Shown piece after piece: positions 36,677-46,764 of a stretch of DNA of 64,000 nt. A program made the position numbers and the translations under genes. Source of the stretch: a bacterium. GTDB taxonomy: Bacteria > UBA8248. The DNA lies in NCBI GenBank assembly GCA_963692865.2, contig OY843592.1, positions 352,001 to 416,000 of the forward strand, given 5' to 3'. Under the pieces are notes generated by a model that was given only the letters and a program-made list of their open reading frames with translations, had not been told where the DNA came from and searched no databases. Every line of letters starts with the position of its first letter. Position 1 is the stretch's first letter.

Positions 36677-38389
36677 CTAGAAAAGGAAATACCGCTGCGC
36701 CATGGGAAGCGACTCGGCGGGCTCGCAGGCGAGCGTCTCCCCGTCCGCCTTCACCACGTAGGTTTCTGGGTCCACCTCTATCTTCGGCAGGGCGTCGTTC
36801 AGCCGCATGTCCTTCTTGCCGATCCCGCGGCACTTCGAGACGGGCGCGACGATCTTGGTGAGGCCGAGCGACTCGCCCAACCGATCTTCCGCCGCCGCCC
36901 CCGAGACGAAGGCGTAGGAAGTGGGACCGACCGCCCCCCCCATCGAACCGAACATGGGGCGGCCCAGAACGGGCTGGGGCGTGGGGATGGAGGCGTTGGG
37001 GTCGCCCATCGCCGCGTGGGCGATGAAGCCGCCCTTCACCACGACTTCGGGTTTTACGCCGAAAAAGGCGGGCCGCCAGAGCACGAGGTCGGCCACCTTG
37101 CCGACTTCGACCGAGCCGACGTAATCGGAAATGCCGTGCGCGATCGCGGGGTTGATGGTGTACTTGGCCACGTAGCGCCTGGCGCGGTAGTTGTCGTTGG
37201 CGCCGCTTTCCTCAGATAGCGCTCCGCGCTGGCGCTTCATCTTGTCCGCCGTCTGCCAGGTGCGGATGACCACCTCACCCACGCGGCCCATGGCCTGGGA
37301 ATCCGAGCCCATCATGCTGAACGCGCCCATGTCGTGGAGAATGTCCTCCGCCGCGATGGTCTCCGCGCGGATTCTCGACTCGGCGAAGGCCACGTCTTCG
37401 GGAATCTTGGCGTCCAGATGGTGGCAGACCATGAGCATGTCGAGATGCTCGTCCACCGTGTTCACCGTGAAGGGACGCGTGGGATTCGTCGAGGAGGGCA
37501 GCACGCTCGCCTCCCCGCACACGCGGATGATGTCGGGCGCGTGGCCGCCGCCCGCCCCTTCGGTGTGGTAGGTGTGGATGGTGCGGCCCTTGAGCGCGGC
37601 GATGGAGGTCTCGACGAAACCCGATTCGTTGAGCGTGTCGGTGTGGATGCAGACCTGCACGTCCATCTCGTCCGCCACGCCGAGACAGCAGTCGATGGCC
37701 GCGGGCGTGGTTCCCCAGTCCTCATGGAGTTTCAGCCCCACGGCGCCCGCGCGGATCTGCTCGACGAGCGGCTCGGGCCGCGAGGCGTTCCCCTTGCCCA
37801 GGAAGCCCAGGTTCATGGGGTAGGCCTCCGCCGCCTGGAGCATCCGGGCGATGTTCCACGCCCCGGGCGTGCAGGTGGTGGCGTTCGTGCCCGTGGCGGG
37901 GCCGGTTCCCCCGCCGAACATGGTGGTGACGCCCGAGGAGAGCGCCTCGTCTATCTGCTGGGGACAGATGAAGTGGATGTGGGTGTCGATGCCGCCGGCG
38001 GTGAGAATCATCCCCTCGCCCGCCAGGACTTCCGTGGCGGCGCCGATAGTCATGTTCACCCCCTCCATCAGGTGGGGGTTGCCCGACTTGCCGATGCCCG
38101 CGATCTTCCCGTCCCTGACGCCCACGTCCGCCTTCACCACGCCCCAGTGGTCGAGGATCAGCGCGTTGGTGATGAGCAGATCGAGCGCGCCGGCCTCGCG
38201 CGTCTCGGTGGGCGACTGGCCCATGCCGTCCCGGATGACCTTGCCGCCGCCGAATTTCGACTCGTCTCCGTAGACGGTGCGGTCTTCTTCGACCTCGATG
38301 AAGAGTTCGGTGTCCGCGAGGCGCACCCTGTCCCCCACCGTGGGGCCGAACATGTCGGCGTAGGCGCGCCTGTCCATTCGATAGGCCAT
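36677..38389 (-). CDS. ureC: Urease subunit alpha
   Basis: [48 protein letters not shown]. Confidence 0.98.
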   Translation of the reverse strand: MAYRMDRRAYADMFGPTVGDRVRLADTELFIEVEEDRTVYGDESKFGGGKVIRDGMGQSPTETREAGALDLLITNALILDHWGVVKADVGVRDGKIAGIGKSGNPHLMEGVNMTIGAATEVLAGEGMILTAGGIDTHIHFICPQQIDEALSSGVTTMFGGGTGPATGTNATTCTPGAWNIARMLQAAEAYPMNLGFLGKGNASRPEPLVEQIRAGAVGLKLHEDWGTTPAAIDCCLGVADEMDVQVCIHTDTLNESGFVETSIAALKGRTIHTYHTEGAGGGHAPDIIRVCGEASVLPSSTNPTRPFTVNTVDEHLDMLMVCHHLDAKIPEDVAFAESRIRAETIAAEDILHDMGAFSMMGSDSQAMGRVGEVVIRTWQTADKMKRQRGALSEESGANDNYRARRYVAKYTINPAIAHGISDYVGSVEVGKVADLVLWRPAFFGVKPEVVVKGGFIAHAAMGDPNASIPTPQPVLGRPMFGSMGGAVGPTSYAFVSGAAAEDRLGESLGLTKIVAPVSKCRGIGKKDMRLNDALPKIEVDPETYVVKADGETLACEPAESLPMAQRYFLF

Positions 38390-38760
38390 CAGTCCGCCCC
38401 CCCGTATCCCCCGGCGCGGGCCTTCTCGAGCGCGGCATCGCGCACGGCGGTCGATTCGAGCGCGCCTTCCGTCAGCGCGTTCAGCCCCATGGCGGTGCGC
38501 GCGCCCGCGAAGGCGACGAGCGTCACCTCCTTCTCATCACCCGGTTCGAAGCGCACCGCCGTTCCCGCAGGGATGTCCAGCCTCATGCCGAAGGCCGCCT
38601 TCCTGTCGAAATCAAGCAGGCGGTTCACCTCGAAAAAATGAAAGTGGGAACCCACCTGTATGGGCCTGTCGCCCCGGTTCGCCACGATGAGCGAGGCGGT
38701 CTCGCGCCCCTCGTTCAGGACGATCTCGCCCTCCGCCAGAATGTATTCGCCGGGTATCAT
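38389..38760 (-). CDS. ureB: Urease subunit beta
   Basis: [36 protein letters not shown]. Confidence 0.97.
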   Translation of the reverse strand: MIPGEYILAEGEIVLNEGRETASLIVANRGDRPIQVGSHFHFFEVNRLLDFDRKAAFGMRLDIPAGTAVRFEPGDEKEVTLVAFAGARTAMGLNALTEGALESTAVRDAALEKARAGGYGGAD

Positions 38761-38770
38761 GCGCCCTCCT

Positions 38771-39076
38771 TCAGCCGCGTATCGGGTCGTGCACCGTCAC
38801 GAGCTTGGTTCCGTCCGGGAACGTGCCCTCGACCTGCACCTCGTGGATCATCTCGGGCACGCCCTCCATGACGTCGTCTCGCGTGAGAATCGTCGCGCCG
38901 TGGCGCATCAGTTCGGCGACGGATTTCCCGTCGCGCGCGCCTTCGAGCACCTCGGCCGTGATGATGCTGACGGCTTCGGGATAGTTGAGTTTGAGGCCCC
39001 GCGCGCGGCGCTTTTGCGCCAACTCCGCCGCAACGAAAACGAGGAGCTTCTCCTGCTCTCTCGGGGTGAGATGCAT
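38771..39076 (-). CDS. ureA: Urease subunit gamma
   Basis: [36 protein letters not shown]. Confidence 0.97.
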   Translation of the reverse strand: MHLTPREQEKLLVFVAAELAQKRRARGLKLNYPEAVSIITAEVLEGARDGKSVAELMRHGATILTRDDVMEGVPEMIHEVQVEGTFPDGTKLVTVHDPIRG

Positions 39077-39110
39077 CTTTCGCCTCCTGTCATAAAACTC
39101 CTGAAACCGG

Positions 39111-39806
39111 CTACGCGGTCAGGCGGTCGAGCAGCGCCGCGTCGCACTCGCCCTCCGCTTCGCCCGTGGCCGTGAACTCCCCTTTTTCCATGACGTAGTA
39201 TCGATCCGCAAGCCGCCAGGCGAACTCCAGGTACTGTTCCACCAGGATGATGCCCACGTCGCCGCGCCCCTTGATCTTCCACAGAACGCTCTCGATGTCC
39301 ATGATGATGGAGGGCTGGATGCCCTCGGTCGGCTCATCGAGCAGCAGGAGCTTCGGTTCGCTCACCAGGGCGCGGGCGATGGCGAGTTGCTGCTGCTGGC
39401 CGCCGCTCAGCACGCCTCCCTTGCGTCCGAGCATCTCCTTCAGCACGGGGAAGAGTTCAAAAACAGCCTCGTCATAACTCCTGGGGCGGTCGGGGTGGGC
39501 TTCCAGCCCCAGCAGGAGGTTCTCGTGCACGCTCAACTGCGGGAAAATCTCCCGCCCCTGGGGGACGTAGGCGACCCCGAGCCTCGCGCGCGCCTCGGGC
39601 CTGGCCGCGGTGACGTCTTGTTCCAGAAACGAGATTTTCCCGGCCTTCGGCCGCAGCAGACCGACGATGGATTTCAGGAACGTGGTCTTGCCCATGCCGT
39701 TTCTGCCGATGACGCCCGCGATTTCGCCGGGGCGCACCTCGATGTCGAGGCCGCGCAGAATGTGGCTCTCCCCGTAGTAGGCGTGGAGCCCGTCCACCTC
39801 AAGCAT
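39111..39806 (-). CDS. urtE: Urea ABC transporter ATP-binding subunit
   Basis: [45 protein letters not shown]. Confidence 0.92.
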   Translation of the reverse strand: MLEVDGLHAYYGESHILRGLDIEVRPGEIAGVIGRNGMGKTTFLKSIVGLLRPKAGKISFLEQDVTAARPEARARLGVAYVPQGREIFPQLSVHENLLLGLEAHPDRPRSYDEAVFELFPVLKEMLGRKGGVLSGGQQQQLAIARALVSEPKLLLLDEPTEGIQPSIIMDIESVLWKIKGRGDVGIILVEQYLEFAWRLADRYYVMEKGEFTATGEAEGECDAALLDRLTA

Positions 39807-40566
39807 GTTCCTCGCTTCCCCTGCCCAGATAGAGTTCGACCACCCGCTCGTCCTTGTGCACGTGGTCGATGGAACCCTCGCATATCACGGCGCCCTCGTG
39901 CAGCACGGTGACGCGCTCGGCGATCTCGCGCACGAACTTCATGTCGTGCTCGATGACGAGGACCGAGCGATGCTCGGCGATGCGCCTCAAGAGCGCCGCC
40001 GTCTTCTCCGTCTCCCTATCGGACATGCCGGCCACGGGCTCATCGACGAGGAGCAGATCGGGGTCCTGCACCACCACCATGCCGATCTCCAGCCACTGCT
40101 TCTCGCCGTGGGCGAGCAGACCGGCCCGCCAGTCGCTCTTCGAAGCGAGCCCGATGACGTCGAGCGTCTCCTCGACGCGCTCGCGCGCCTCGGGCGCGGC
40201 GCCGCCGAAAAGAAGCGAGGTCACCTTCTTGTCCTGCTTCACGGAGAGTTCGAGATTGTCGCGCACCGTAAGATTCTCGTAAATCGTCGGCGTCTGGAAT
40301 TTTCTGCCGATGCCCGCGTTCGATATCTCCTCCTGGCGCATCCGCGCGAGATTGGTCTTCTCCTTGAAGATCACCCGCCCCGAATCGGGCTTCACCTTGC
40401 CGGTCACGACGTCGAGCAGGGTGGTCTTGCCCGCGCCGTTCGGGCCGATGACGCAGCGAAGCTCCCCCTTGTCCATGCTGAAGTTGAGCGCGTTCAGCGC
40501 CTTGAAGCCGTCGAAGACGACGAACACGTCCTCCATGTAGAGTATGCTTTTCGACGTAAGCGTCAT
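39799..40566 (-). CDS. urtD: Urea ABC transporter ATP-binding subunit
   Basis: FDGFKALN, GPNGAGKT, GIGRKFQTP, HGEKQWLEIGM. Confidence 0.93.
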   Translation of the reverse strand: MTLTSKSILYMEDVFVVFDGFKALNALNFSMDKGELRCVIGPNGAGKTTLLDVVTGKVKPDSGRVIFKEKTNLARMRQEEISNAGIGRKFQTPTIYENLTVRDNLELSVKQDKKVTSLLFGGAAPEARERVEETLDVIGLASKSDWRAGLLAHGEKQWLEIGMVVVQDPDLLLVDEPVAGMSDRETEKTAALLRRIAEHRSVLVIEHDMKFVREIAERVTVLHEGAVICEGSIDHVHKDERVVELYLGRGSEEHA

Positions 40567-40575
40567 GCCTTCCCC

Positions 40576-41739
40576 CTAGCCTTCGCTTCCAATGGCCGCG
40601 AGAGACTCATCCCCCGCCGCGCGCTCCCTGCGGCGGAACCAGCTTTCGACCTTGCGGGGCAAATCGCGCGCCAGGCCGACGACGCCGTCCGGGAAGAACT
40701 GGACCACGAGAACGAATATGCCGCCCAGGAAGTAGAGCCAGTAATCCGGATAACTCGAAGTGAGGTAGCTCCGCGCCCAGTTCACGCCGACCGCGCCGAT
40801 GACGGCGCCGATGAGCGACCCCCGTCCGCCGACCGCCACCCAGATAACCATCTCGATGGAGGGCAGCACGCCGATCCGACCGGGGGTGATGATGCCCACC
40901 TGGGGCGCGTACAGCGCGCCGGCGACCCCGGCCAGCATGGCGGACACGGTGAAGACGAACACCTTGTAGTTCGCGGGCGTGTAGCCGGAGTAGAGCACGC
41001 GGTTCTCCGCGTCGCGGATCGCCAGGAGTATCTTCCCGGCGCGCGATTTCACTATCCAGCGGCACAGCAGGTACGCGCCGCAAAGCGCCAGCGCGGTGGC
41101 GACGTAAAGCCCCCGCTGCGTGGACGTCTCGGTGAGCGTGAAGCCGAGTATCTTCTTGAAGTTGGTGAGGCCGTTCGTCCCACCCAGGTTCACCTCGTTT
41201 CGGTTGAAGACGAGCCATGCGGAGAGCGCCAGCGCCTGCGTGATGATGGCGAAGTACACGCCGCGCACCCGCGTCCTGAACGCGAGGAAGCCGAAGACGG
41301 CCGCCAGCGCGCCCGGCACCACCGCCACCGCGAGCGTCGTGAAGAAAAACGAATGGAACGGCTTCCAGAAAAGGGGCAGCTCCTTCACGCGGTTCCAGAC
41401 CATGAAGTCAGGCAGCTTGCTCTGGTAGACGCCCTCGCCGCCGATCTCGAGCGTGAGGTACATCCCCATGCAATAGGCGCCCAGGCCGAAGAACACGCCG
41501 TGGCCCATGCTCAGGATGCCGGTGTAGCCCCATATCAGGTCGAGGCCCAGCGCCAGGATGGCGTAGGCCAGGAATTTTCCGAACAGGTTGAGCGTGAAAT
41601 CCGAGACGTGGAAGAACGAGCCCGGCGCCCCGAAGGCGTTGAGCGAGGGCATCGCGACGATGAACCAGAACGCCGCGATCACGAGAACGACGCCGCCGAC
41701 CTTCTTTTCCATCCTGTCCACCAGAGTTTCACCCGGCAT
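40576..41739 (-). CDS. urtC: Urea ABC transporter permease
   Basis: LDLIWGYTGILSMGHG, LPDFMVW, GVYFAIITQA, GGTNGLTNF. Confidence 0.93.
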   Translation of the reverse strand: MPGETLVDRMEKKVGGVVLVIAAFWFIVAMPSLNAFGAPGSFFHVSDFTLNLFGKFLAYAILALGLDLIWGYTGILSMGHGVFFGLGAYCMGMYLTLEIGGEGVYQSKLPDFMVWNRVKELPLFWKPFHSFFFTTLAVAVVPGALAAVFGFLAFRTRVRGVYFAIITQALALSAWLVFNRNEVNLGGTNGLTNFKKILGFTLTETSTQRGLYVATALALCGAYLLCRWIVKSRAGKILLAIRDAENRVLYSGYTPANYKVFVFTVSAMLAGVAGALYAPQVGIITPGRIGVLPSIEMVIWVAVGGRGSLIGAVIGAVGVNWARSYLTSSYPDYWLYFLGGIFVLVVQFFPDGVVGLARDLPRKVESWFRRRERAAGDESLAAIGSEG

Positions 41740-41745
41740 CGCGTA

Positions 41746-43479
41746 TCAAGCCCCTCTCGTGCGGATGGCGAACAGCCCCTCCGGCCTTCTCTGCAGGAAG
41801 AGGATCACCAGAACCAGAATCACCACCTTGCCGAACACCGCGCCCATCGCCGGCTCGAGCATCTTGTTCATGCCGCCGATGCCGAAGCCCGCCACGATGG
41901 TCCCGAGAATCTTGCCCACGCCGCCCGTCACCACCACCATGAACGAATCCACGATGTAGTTCTGCCCCAGATCGGGCCCCACGTTCCCGACCTGGCTCAG
42001 GGCCGCGCCCGCCATGCCGGCCAGCCCCGCGCCGAAGGCGAACGTGCCCGCGTCCACGCGGCGGGAAGGAACGCCCAGGCAGGTGCTCATGCCCCGGTTC
42101 TGGGTGACGGCGCGAATCCGCAGGCCCGCACGCGTGCGGAAGAGGAACAGGTACGTGCCCGCCACGCAGAAAACGGCCAGCGCGATGATGAACATGCGGT
42201 TGAAAGGGAACTGGACGCCGACCATCAGGTGATACCCCCCGCTCAGCCATTCGGGGGATTTCACGTCCACGTTTTGAGCGCCGAACACCTGGCGGACGGC
42301 TTGCCGGAGAATCAGGCTGATCCCCCAGGTCGTCAACAGCGTCTCCAGCGGCCGGCCGTAAAGGTAGCGGATGATGGAAATCTCCATGAGCCAGCCCATC
42401 AGGGCCGATGCCGCGAATGCGACGGGAAGCGCCAGCAAGAAATACCAGCCGAAGTAGTTTTGCGGCACATACGAGATGAAGACGCCCTGGATGATGAAGG
42501 TGGCGTAGGCGCCGAGCATCATCAACTCCCCGTGCGCCATGTTGATGACGCCCATGAGGCCGAATACGATGGCCAGCCCCAGCGCCATCAGCAACAGGAT
42601 GGAGCCCAGGCTCAAGCCCCGGAACAAGGTGTCGATCGTCGCCGTCCAACTCAGGTAGCCCTCTATCTCCCCGATGGCGTCGCTCGACGCCGCGCGCACT
42701 TCAGCGTCCGCGTCTTTCGCCGCCAGACGCTTGAGCTGGGAGACGGCGTTCAGCCCGTGAATCTCGCCGAGGGCGGCGGCGGCGGAGCGCCTCTCTTCGG
42801 GGTTCGTGGATTTGAGCCGGATCAGCGCCTTCGCCTCGATGAGCGCGTGGCGGCCCAGCCAGTGGGTCTCGCTCTCCAGTACCTTGTCGAGCAGGGGAAT
42901 GAGGTTCTTGTCCCCCTCCCTCGCCAAACGCGTCGCCGCGGCGCGTCGCACGTTCGGGTCGGCGGAGTAGAGCTGCGCCGAGCTTTGGAGCTGGTTCAGG
43001 TAGGGTTTGATCGCGCGGCGGATTCTTCTGCCTGCTCGGATTTTACCGAGTTGCTCATCGTGAACGAAAAGGGGTTTACCGTCCGGGGATGTGAGAGGTT
43101 TTTTTCCGTGAATCGAGAAAAGGGGAACGTACTCCTTATCATCCCCGCGCGTCACGGCGTCTCCGCCGATGACGAACCGGGCCGCGCCCGCATCGGGCTT
43201 CCAGCGATAAAGGCTGCCCTCGCGAAGCGCCAAAAGAAGGGGTAGCAGCTTTGGCTCAAGGCGCTTCGCGAGAACGAGGGCAGCGCGTCTTCTTGCTTTT
43301 CTGTTTTTCGATCCCAACTGCGCGATTTCCGCCTGGATTGCCGGTGAAAACGTTTCGGTTTTCGCTTCTCCCCTTGCCGCCAGGCCAAAGCCGAGCGCGA
43401 AAACCAGAATAAGGACGCGAGATATGAACGATCTCGCCGACGCTCCACGCGGAATCGCCCTATCGCCGGCTTGCTGCAT
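41746..43479 (-). CDS. urtB: Urea ABC transporter permease with N-terminal periplasmic HEAT-repeat extension
   Basis: GLMGVINMAHGE, LYGRPLETLLTTWG, IVDSFMVVV. HEAT-like repeats (DPNVRRAAA, ERRSAAAALG, DAEVRAAS). Confidence 0.92.
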   Translation of the reverse strand: MQQAGDRAIPRGASARSFISRVLILVFALGFGLAARGEAKTETFSPAIQAEIAQLGSKNRKARRRAALVLAKRLEPKLLPLLLALREGSLYRWKPDAGAARFVIGGDAVTRGDDKEYVPLFSIHGKKPLTSPDGKPLFVHDEQLGKIRAGRRIRRAIKPYLNQLQSSAQLYSADPNVRRAAATRLAREGDKNLIPLLDKVLESETHWLGRHALIEAKALIRLKSTNPEERRSAAAALGEIHGLNAVSQLKRLAAKDADAEVRAASSDAIGEIEGYLSWTATIDTLFRGLSLGSILLLMALGLAIVFGLMGVINMAHGELMMLGAYATFIIQGVFISYVPQNYFGWYFLLALPVAFAASALMGWLMEISIIRYLYGRPLETLLTTWGISLILRQAVRQVFGAQNVDVKSPEWLSGGYHLMVGVQFPFNRMFIIALAVFCVAGTYLFLFRTRAGLRIRAVTQNRGMSTCLGVPSRRVDAGTFAFGAGLAGMAGAALSQVGNVGPDLGQNYIVDSFMVVVTGGVGKILGTIVAGFGIGGMNKMLEPAMGAVFGKVVILVLVILFLQRRPEGLFAIRTRGA

Positions 43480-43540
43480 ACCCCCTCCTTCGCCGTATTT
43501 GGCACATCGCCGGTATTTGCGATTCGCTGTTGTTTTTTTG

Positions 43541-43585
43541 GCCGCCCGTGGGGGAAGCCGAACTACGCGGCTCCCCCCGGGCGGT
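43541..43585 (-). other. Intercistronic stem-loop between urtA and urtB
   Basis: GCCGCCCGTGGGGGAAGCCG...CGGCTCCCCCCGGGCGG inverted repeat. There is no U-tract on the coding strand, so it is more likely an mRNA stabiliser than a terminator. Confidence 0.5.
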
Positions 43586-43593
43586 TCTTGCGA

Positions 43594-44922
43594 CTAGGCC
43601 GTCTTCTTCTTGTATGTTCCCTGGTGATTTACCCAGTCACAGCTCTTGTCCGGACTCGTGTACTTGCTCCAGGGTTCGGGCGCCACGAGGCCCTTCGTCT
43701 GCGAGACGATTTCGAATTGCCCGTTCTTGAGGATTTCGCCGATGAGCACGGGCTTGTGCAGATGGTGGTTCTTCTCGTCGATCTTCTTGAATCCGCCCGG
43801 CGCCTCGAAGCCCATTCCGTAGGCCGCCTTGCGCACGTCGTCCACCTTCGTGGCGCCTGCTTTCTCGACCGCCTGCTTCCAGATGTAGACGCCGAGGTAG
43901 GCCGCCTCGATGGGGTCGTCCGTCACGCGGCTCGCGCCGCCGGGCAGGCCCTTTTTCTTGCAGTAGGTCTTGAAGTTCTTCACGAATTTCTTGTTCTGCG
44001 GCGTGTCGATTGACTGGTAGTAGTTCCAGGCCGCCAGGTGCCCGACGAGCGATTTCGAGTCCATGCCGCGCAGCTCGTCCTCCGCCACGCTGAACGCCAT
44101 GATGGGCACGTCCTCGGAGCGAAGGCCCTGGTTCGCGAACTCCTTGTAGAAGGGCACGTTGCTGTCGCCGTTGATGGTGCTGAGTACGGCGGCGTCGCCG
44201 CCCGAGGCGAACGATTTCACCTTGCCCACGATGGTCTGGTAATCCTGGTGGTGGAAAGGCGTGTACTCTTCCATGATGTTCGAGGCCGGCACGCCTTTCG
44301 CCAGCAGGAAAGCCCTGAGAATCTTGTTCGCCGTGCGCGGGAACACGTAGTCGGTGCCGAGCAGGTAGAACTTCTTGAACCCGCCGCCGTCCTCGCTCAT
44401 CATGTAGTCCGCCGCGGGAATCAACTGCTGGTTCGGCGTCGCGCCCGTGTAGAAGACGTTCTTCGAGCACTCCTCGCCCTCGTACTGCACCGGGTAGAAG
44501 AGAAGGCCGTTGTTCTTTTCATAGACGGGAAGGACGGATTTGCGGCTCACCGAGGTCCAGCAGCCGAAGGTCACGTCCACCTTGTCCTTCAGGAGAAGCT
44601 GCTTCGCCTTCTCGGCGAACAGATCCCAGTCGGACGCCGGGTCGACGACCACGGGCTTGATGGGGCGCTTCATCACGCCGCCCGCAGAGTTGATCTCCTC
44701 CACGGCCATCATGACCACGTCGCGCAGCGAAACCTCGCTGATCGCCATGGTCCCGCTCAGGGAATGCAGAACCCCGATCTTGATGGGCTCCGCCGCCCGG
44801 ATCACGTTCGGGAACGGAAGCGCGCTCATCGCCGCGGCGCCGAGCCCCATCGCTCCCGCTTTCTTCAGAAACCTCCTGCGGGACAAGTTTTCTGCTCCGA
44901 TTAACTTCTTCTTACTCTTCAT
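43594..44922 (-). CDS. urtA: Urea ABC transporter substrate-binding protein (Tat signal)
   Basis: SRRRFLK Tat motif, IKIGVLHSLSGTMAISE, GCWTSVSRK, YPVQYEGEE, DYVFPRTAN. Confidence 0.95.
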   Translation of the reverse strand: MKSKKKLIGAENLSRRRFLKKAGAMGLGAAAMSALPFPNVIRAAEPIKIGVLHSLSGTMAISEVSLRDVVMMAVEEINSAGGVMKRPIKPVVVDPASDWDLFAEKAKQLLLKDKVDVTFGCWTSVSRKSVLPVYEKNNGLLFYPVQYEGEECSKNVFYTGATPNQQLIPAADYMMSEDGGGFKKFYLLGTDYVFPRTANKILRAFLLAKGVPASNIMEEYTPFHHQDYQTIVGKVKSFASGGDAAVLSTINGDSNVPFYKEFANQGLRSEDVPIMAFSVAEDELRGMDSKSLVGHLAAWNYYQSIDTPQNKKFVKNFKTYCKKKGLPGGASRVTDDPIEAAYLGVYIWKQAVEKAGATKVDDVRKAAYGMGFEAPGGFKKIDEKNHHLHKPVLIGEILKNGQFEIVSQTKGLVAPEPWSKYTSPDKSCDWVNHQGTYKKKTA

Positions 44923-45130
44923 TCTTTCAATCTCCCCTTCTTTTCTCTGTAAAAGCGGCCGCCTCACGCGGCCTGAAGCAAAATAAACACAGGAAATCTT
45001 CGATGACAGAATGGAAATATAGGGAGGTTTCTTTACGGGAATCTTGCGGTTCGGTTAAATTGCCGTTTCCGTTTTGTTTCATCCATGTTTCGAGGATTCG
45101 CGGTTCCATGACCATCAACCCCCCGCAGGC

Positions 45131-45299
45131 CGGACTGTTGAAAAAGCCAGAGAGGAGAAATTTGCGTGTAGGGGTCGCATACATGCGACCCGGCCTTTGT
45201 TCGCCGCCCGTCATGGGCCGCATATATGCGGCCCCTACAAAAACCGTCCCTTCCCGGTTACGCCAAATCTCCGCTCATCAGGACTTTTTCAACAGCCCG
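45131..45299. mobile_element. MITE-like element carrying a REP-like doublet, with target duplication
   Basis: Ends CGGACTGTTGAAAAAG and CTTTTTCAACAGCCCG are flanked by duplicated CAGGC. The interior is homologous (inverted) to 29308-29489. Confidence 0.75.
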
Positions 45300-45358
45300 C
45301 AGGCCGGGCGACTACTCATCCTTGAAACGCACACCCCACTCTCGGGGAGGTCACTAAA

Positions 45359-46744
45359 ATGGCGTCGTTAAGCCGCCGGTTCGCGAGATGGGCGGCGGGG
45401 CTTCGCTTCGAGGATCTGCCGGGCGAAGTCGTCGACCGCGCCAGGGGCGTCACCCTGCAAGCCGTCTCCTCCGCTCTTTTGGGCTCTCAAACGGAAGACG
45501 GGCGCAGGGCCGTCGCCCTCATCACCGGGGAAGAAGCGGGCTTTCAGGGCGGCGCGACCATCATGGTGAGCGGGGCCGGGGCGACGAAAGGCGGCGCGGC
45601 CTTCGCGAACTCGGAACTCATCCTGGCGGGCGGCAAGTGGGATACGTTCCGCATGCTCACCCACCCGGGAACCTCCATCATCCCCGCCGCCCTCGCTGCT
45701 GCGGAAAAGAGGGGCGCCTCGGGGGCGGATTTGCTGACGGGCGTCGCCGCGGGCTATGAGGTCATGGAGCGTCTGGCGTCGGACTTCATTCCCACGGTGA
45801 TGTCGCGCGGCTTTCACGCGGGACCCGTTTTCGGGATTTTCGGGGCGGCCGTCGCCGCCGGGAAGATCATGGGCCTGAGCGAGGAGCAGATGAACAGCGC
45901 AATCGCGCTCTGCGCGAGTCTCGCGAGCGGGAATCTCGAAGGCCCGCGCAGCGGCGGAGGGGCGCTGAGAGAAGGCGCGGCGGTGCGAAACGCCCTATTG
46001 GCGGCGGACCTCGCAGAGCAGGGCCACGCCGGCGGAGAGACGGTGCTGGAGGGCGAAGCCGGCTTCTACCACGCCTACACGGGAAACAACGAGGGCCGCC
46101 TCACGTACAGCTTCACGGGCGATGCGAGAACGAGCCTGGAGGGAATCACCGAAGCTCTCGGGGAGGAGTGGCTCTTCCTCGAAACGCTTTTCCGGGTCTA
46201 TTCCACCTCGGGCTACAACCTGGCCCACATCGACGTGACGGCGAGGCTCTGCGAGGAGAACGACATCCGCCCCCAAGAAGTCGAGCGCGTGGAGACCATA
46301 GTGAACTGGCTGGAGACCCGATATCCCAGCCCCGCCTTCGCGAACCGCCGCGAGGACGGGGCGCCGCGCATTGGCGGCACGCATTACTACGCGGCCTTCG
46401 GCGTCGTCGAGCGCGGCTATCCGCTCCTGAACAAGCCCCCCGGCGAGGCCGACCCGCCCGAGGTGCTCGAGATGATGGAGCGCGTCCGCATCATCCCCTC
46501 CCGCGAGATGGGTCTTTTCGCCCCCAGGGTGAGCATCCACACCAAAGAAAGAGGGGTATTCACCAGACAGGCCACCGGGCGGGAGTTCGTCTTCAGCTTC
46601 GAGGAACTCGCGGAGCGCATCGGTGGCATCGCACCGGGGCTGCCGGTGCCGGAGGCGCGCTACAGGGAAATCATCGAAACCTGCCGCACGCTGGAGGCGC
46701 AAGAGAAGGCGGGGAAACTCATCCGCCTCACCGTGGCCGAATAA
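45359..46744 (+). CDS. MmgE/PrpD family protein
   Basis: LRFEDLPGEVV, AAFAN, THPG..IIPAALA, AAGYEV, RGFHAG..FG.FGAA, VLEGEAGF. Confidence 0.85.
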   Translation: MASLSRRFARWAAGLRFEDLPGEVVDRARGVTLQAVSSALLGSQTEDGRRAVALITGEEAGFQGGATIMVSGAGATKGGAAFANSELILAGGKWDTFRMLTHPGTSIIPAALAAAEKRGASGADLLTGVAAGYEVMERLASDFIPTVMSRGFHAGPVFGIFGAAVAAGKIMGLSEEQMNSAIALCASLASGNLEGPRSGGGALREGAAVRNALLAADLAEQGHAGGETVLEGEAGFYHAYTGNNEGRLTYSFTGDARTSLEGITEALGEEWLFLETLFRVYSTSGYNLAHIDVTARLCEENDIRPQEVERVETIVNWLETRYPSPAFANRREDGAPRIGGTHYYAAFGVVERGYPLLNKPPGEADPPEVLEMMERVRIIPSREMGLFAPRVSIHTKERGVFTRQATGREFVFSFEELAERIGGIAPGLPVPEARYREIIETCRTLEAQEKAGKLIRLTVAE

Positions 46745-46764
46745 GAGGCCGCTCCCGGAAGCGC

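Noticed and set aside
39805-43245. 1146-aa plus-strand ORF
   Set aside because: It lies antisense to urtD/C/B with no recognisable motifs. It is a shadow ORF expected from high-GC codon bias.
41746-43479. HEAT-repeat extension on UrtB as a novel fusion
   Set aside because: Long N-terminally extended UrtB proteins are already familiar in Gram-negative urea transporters.
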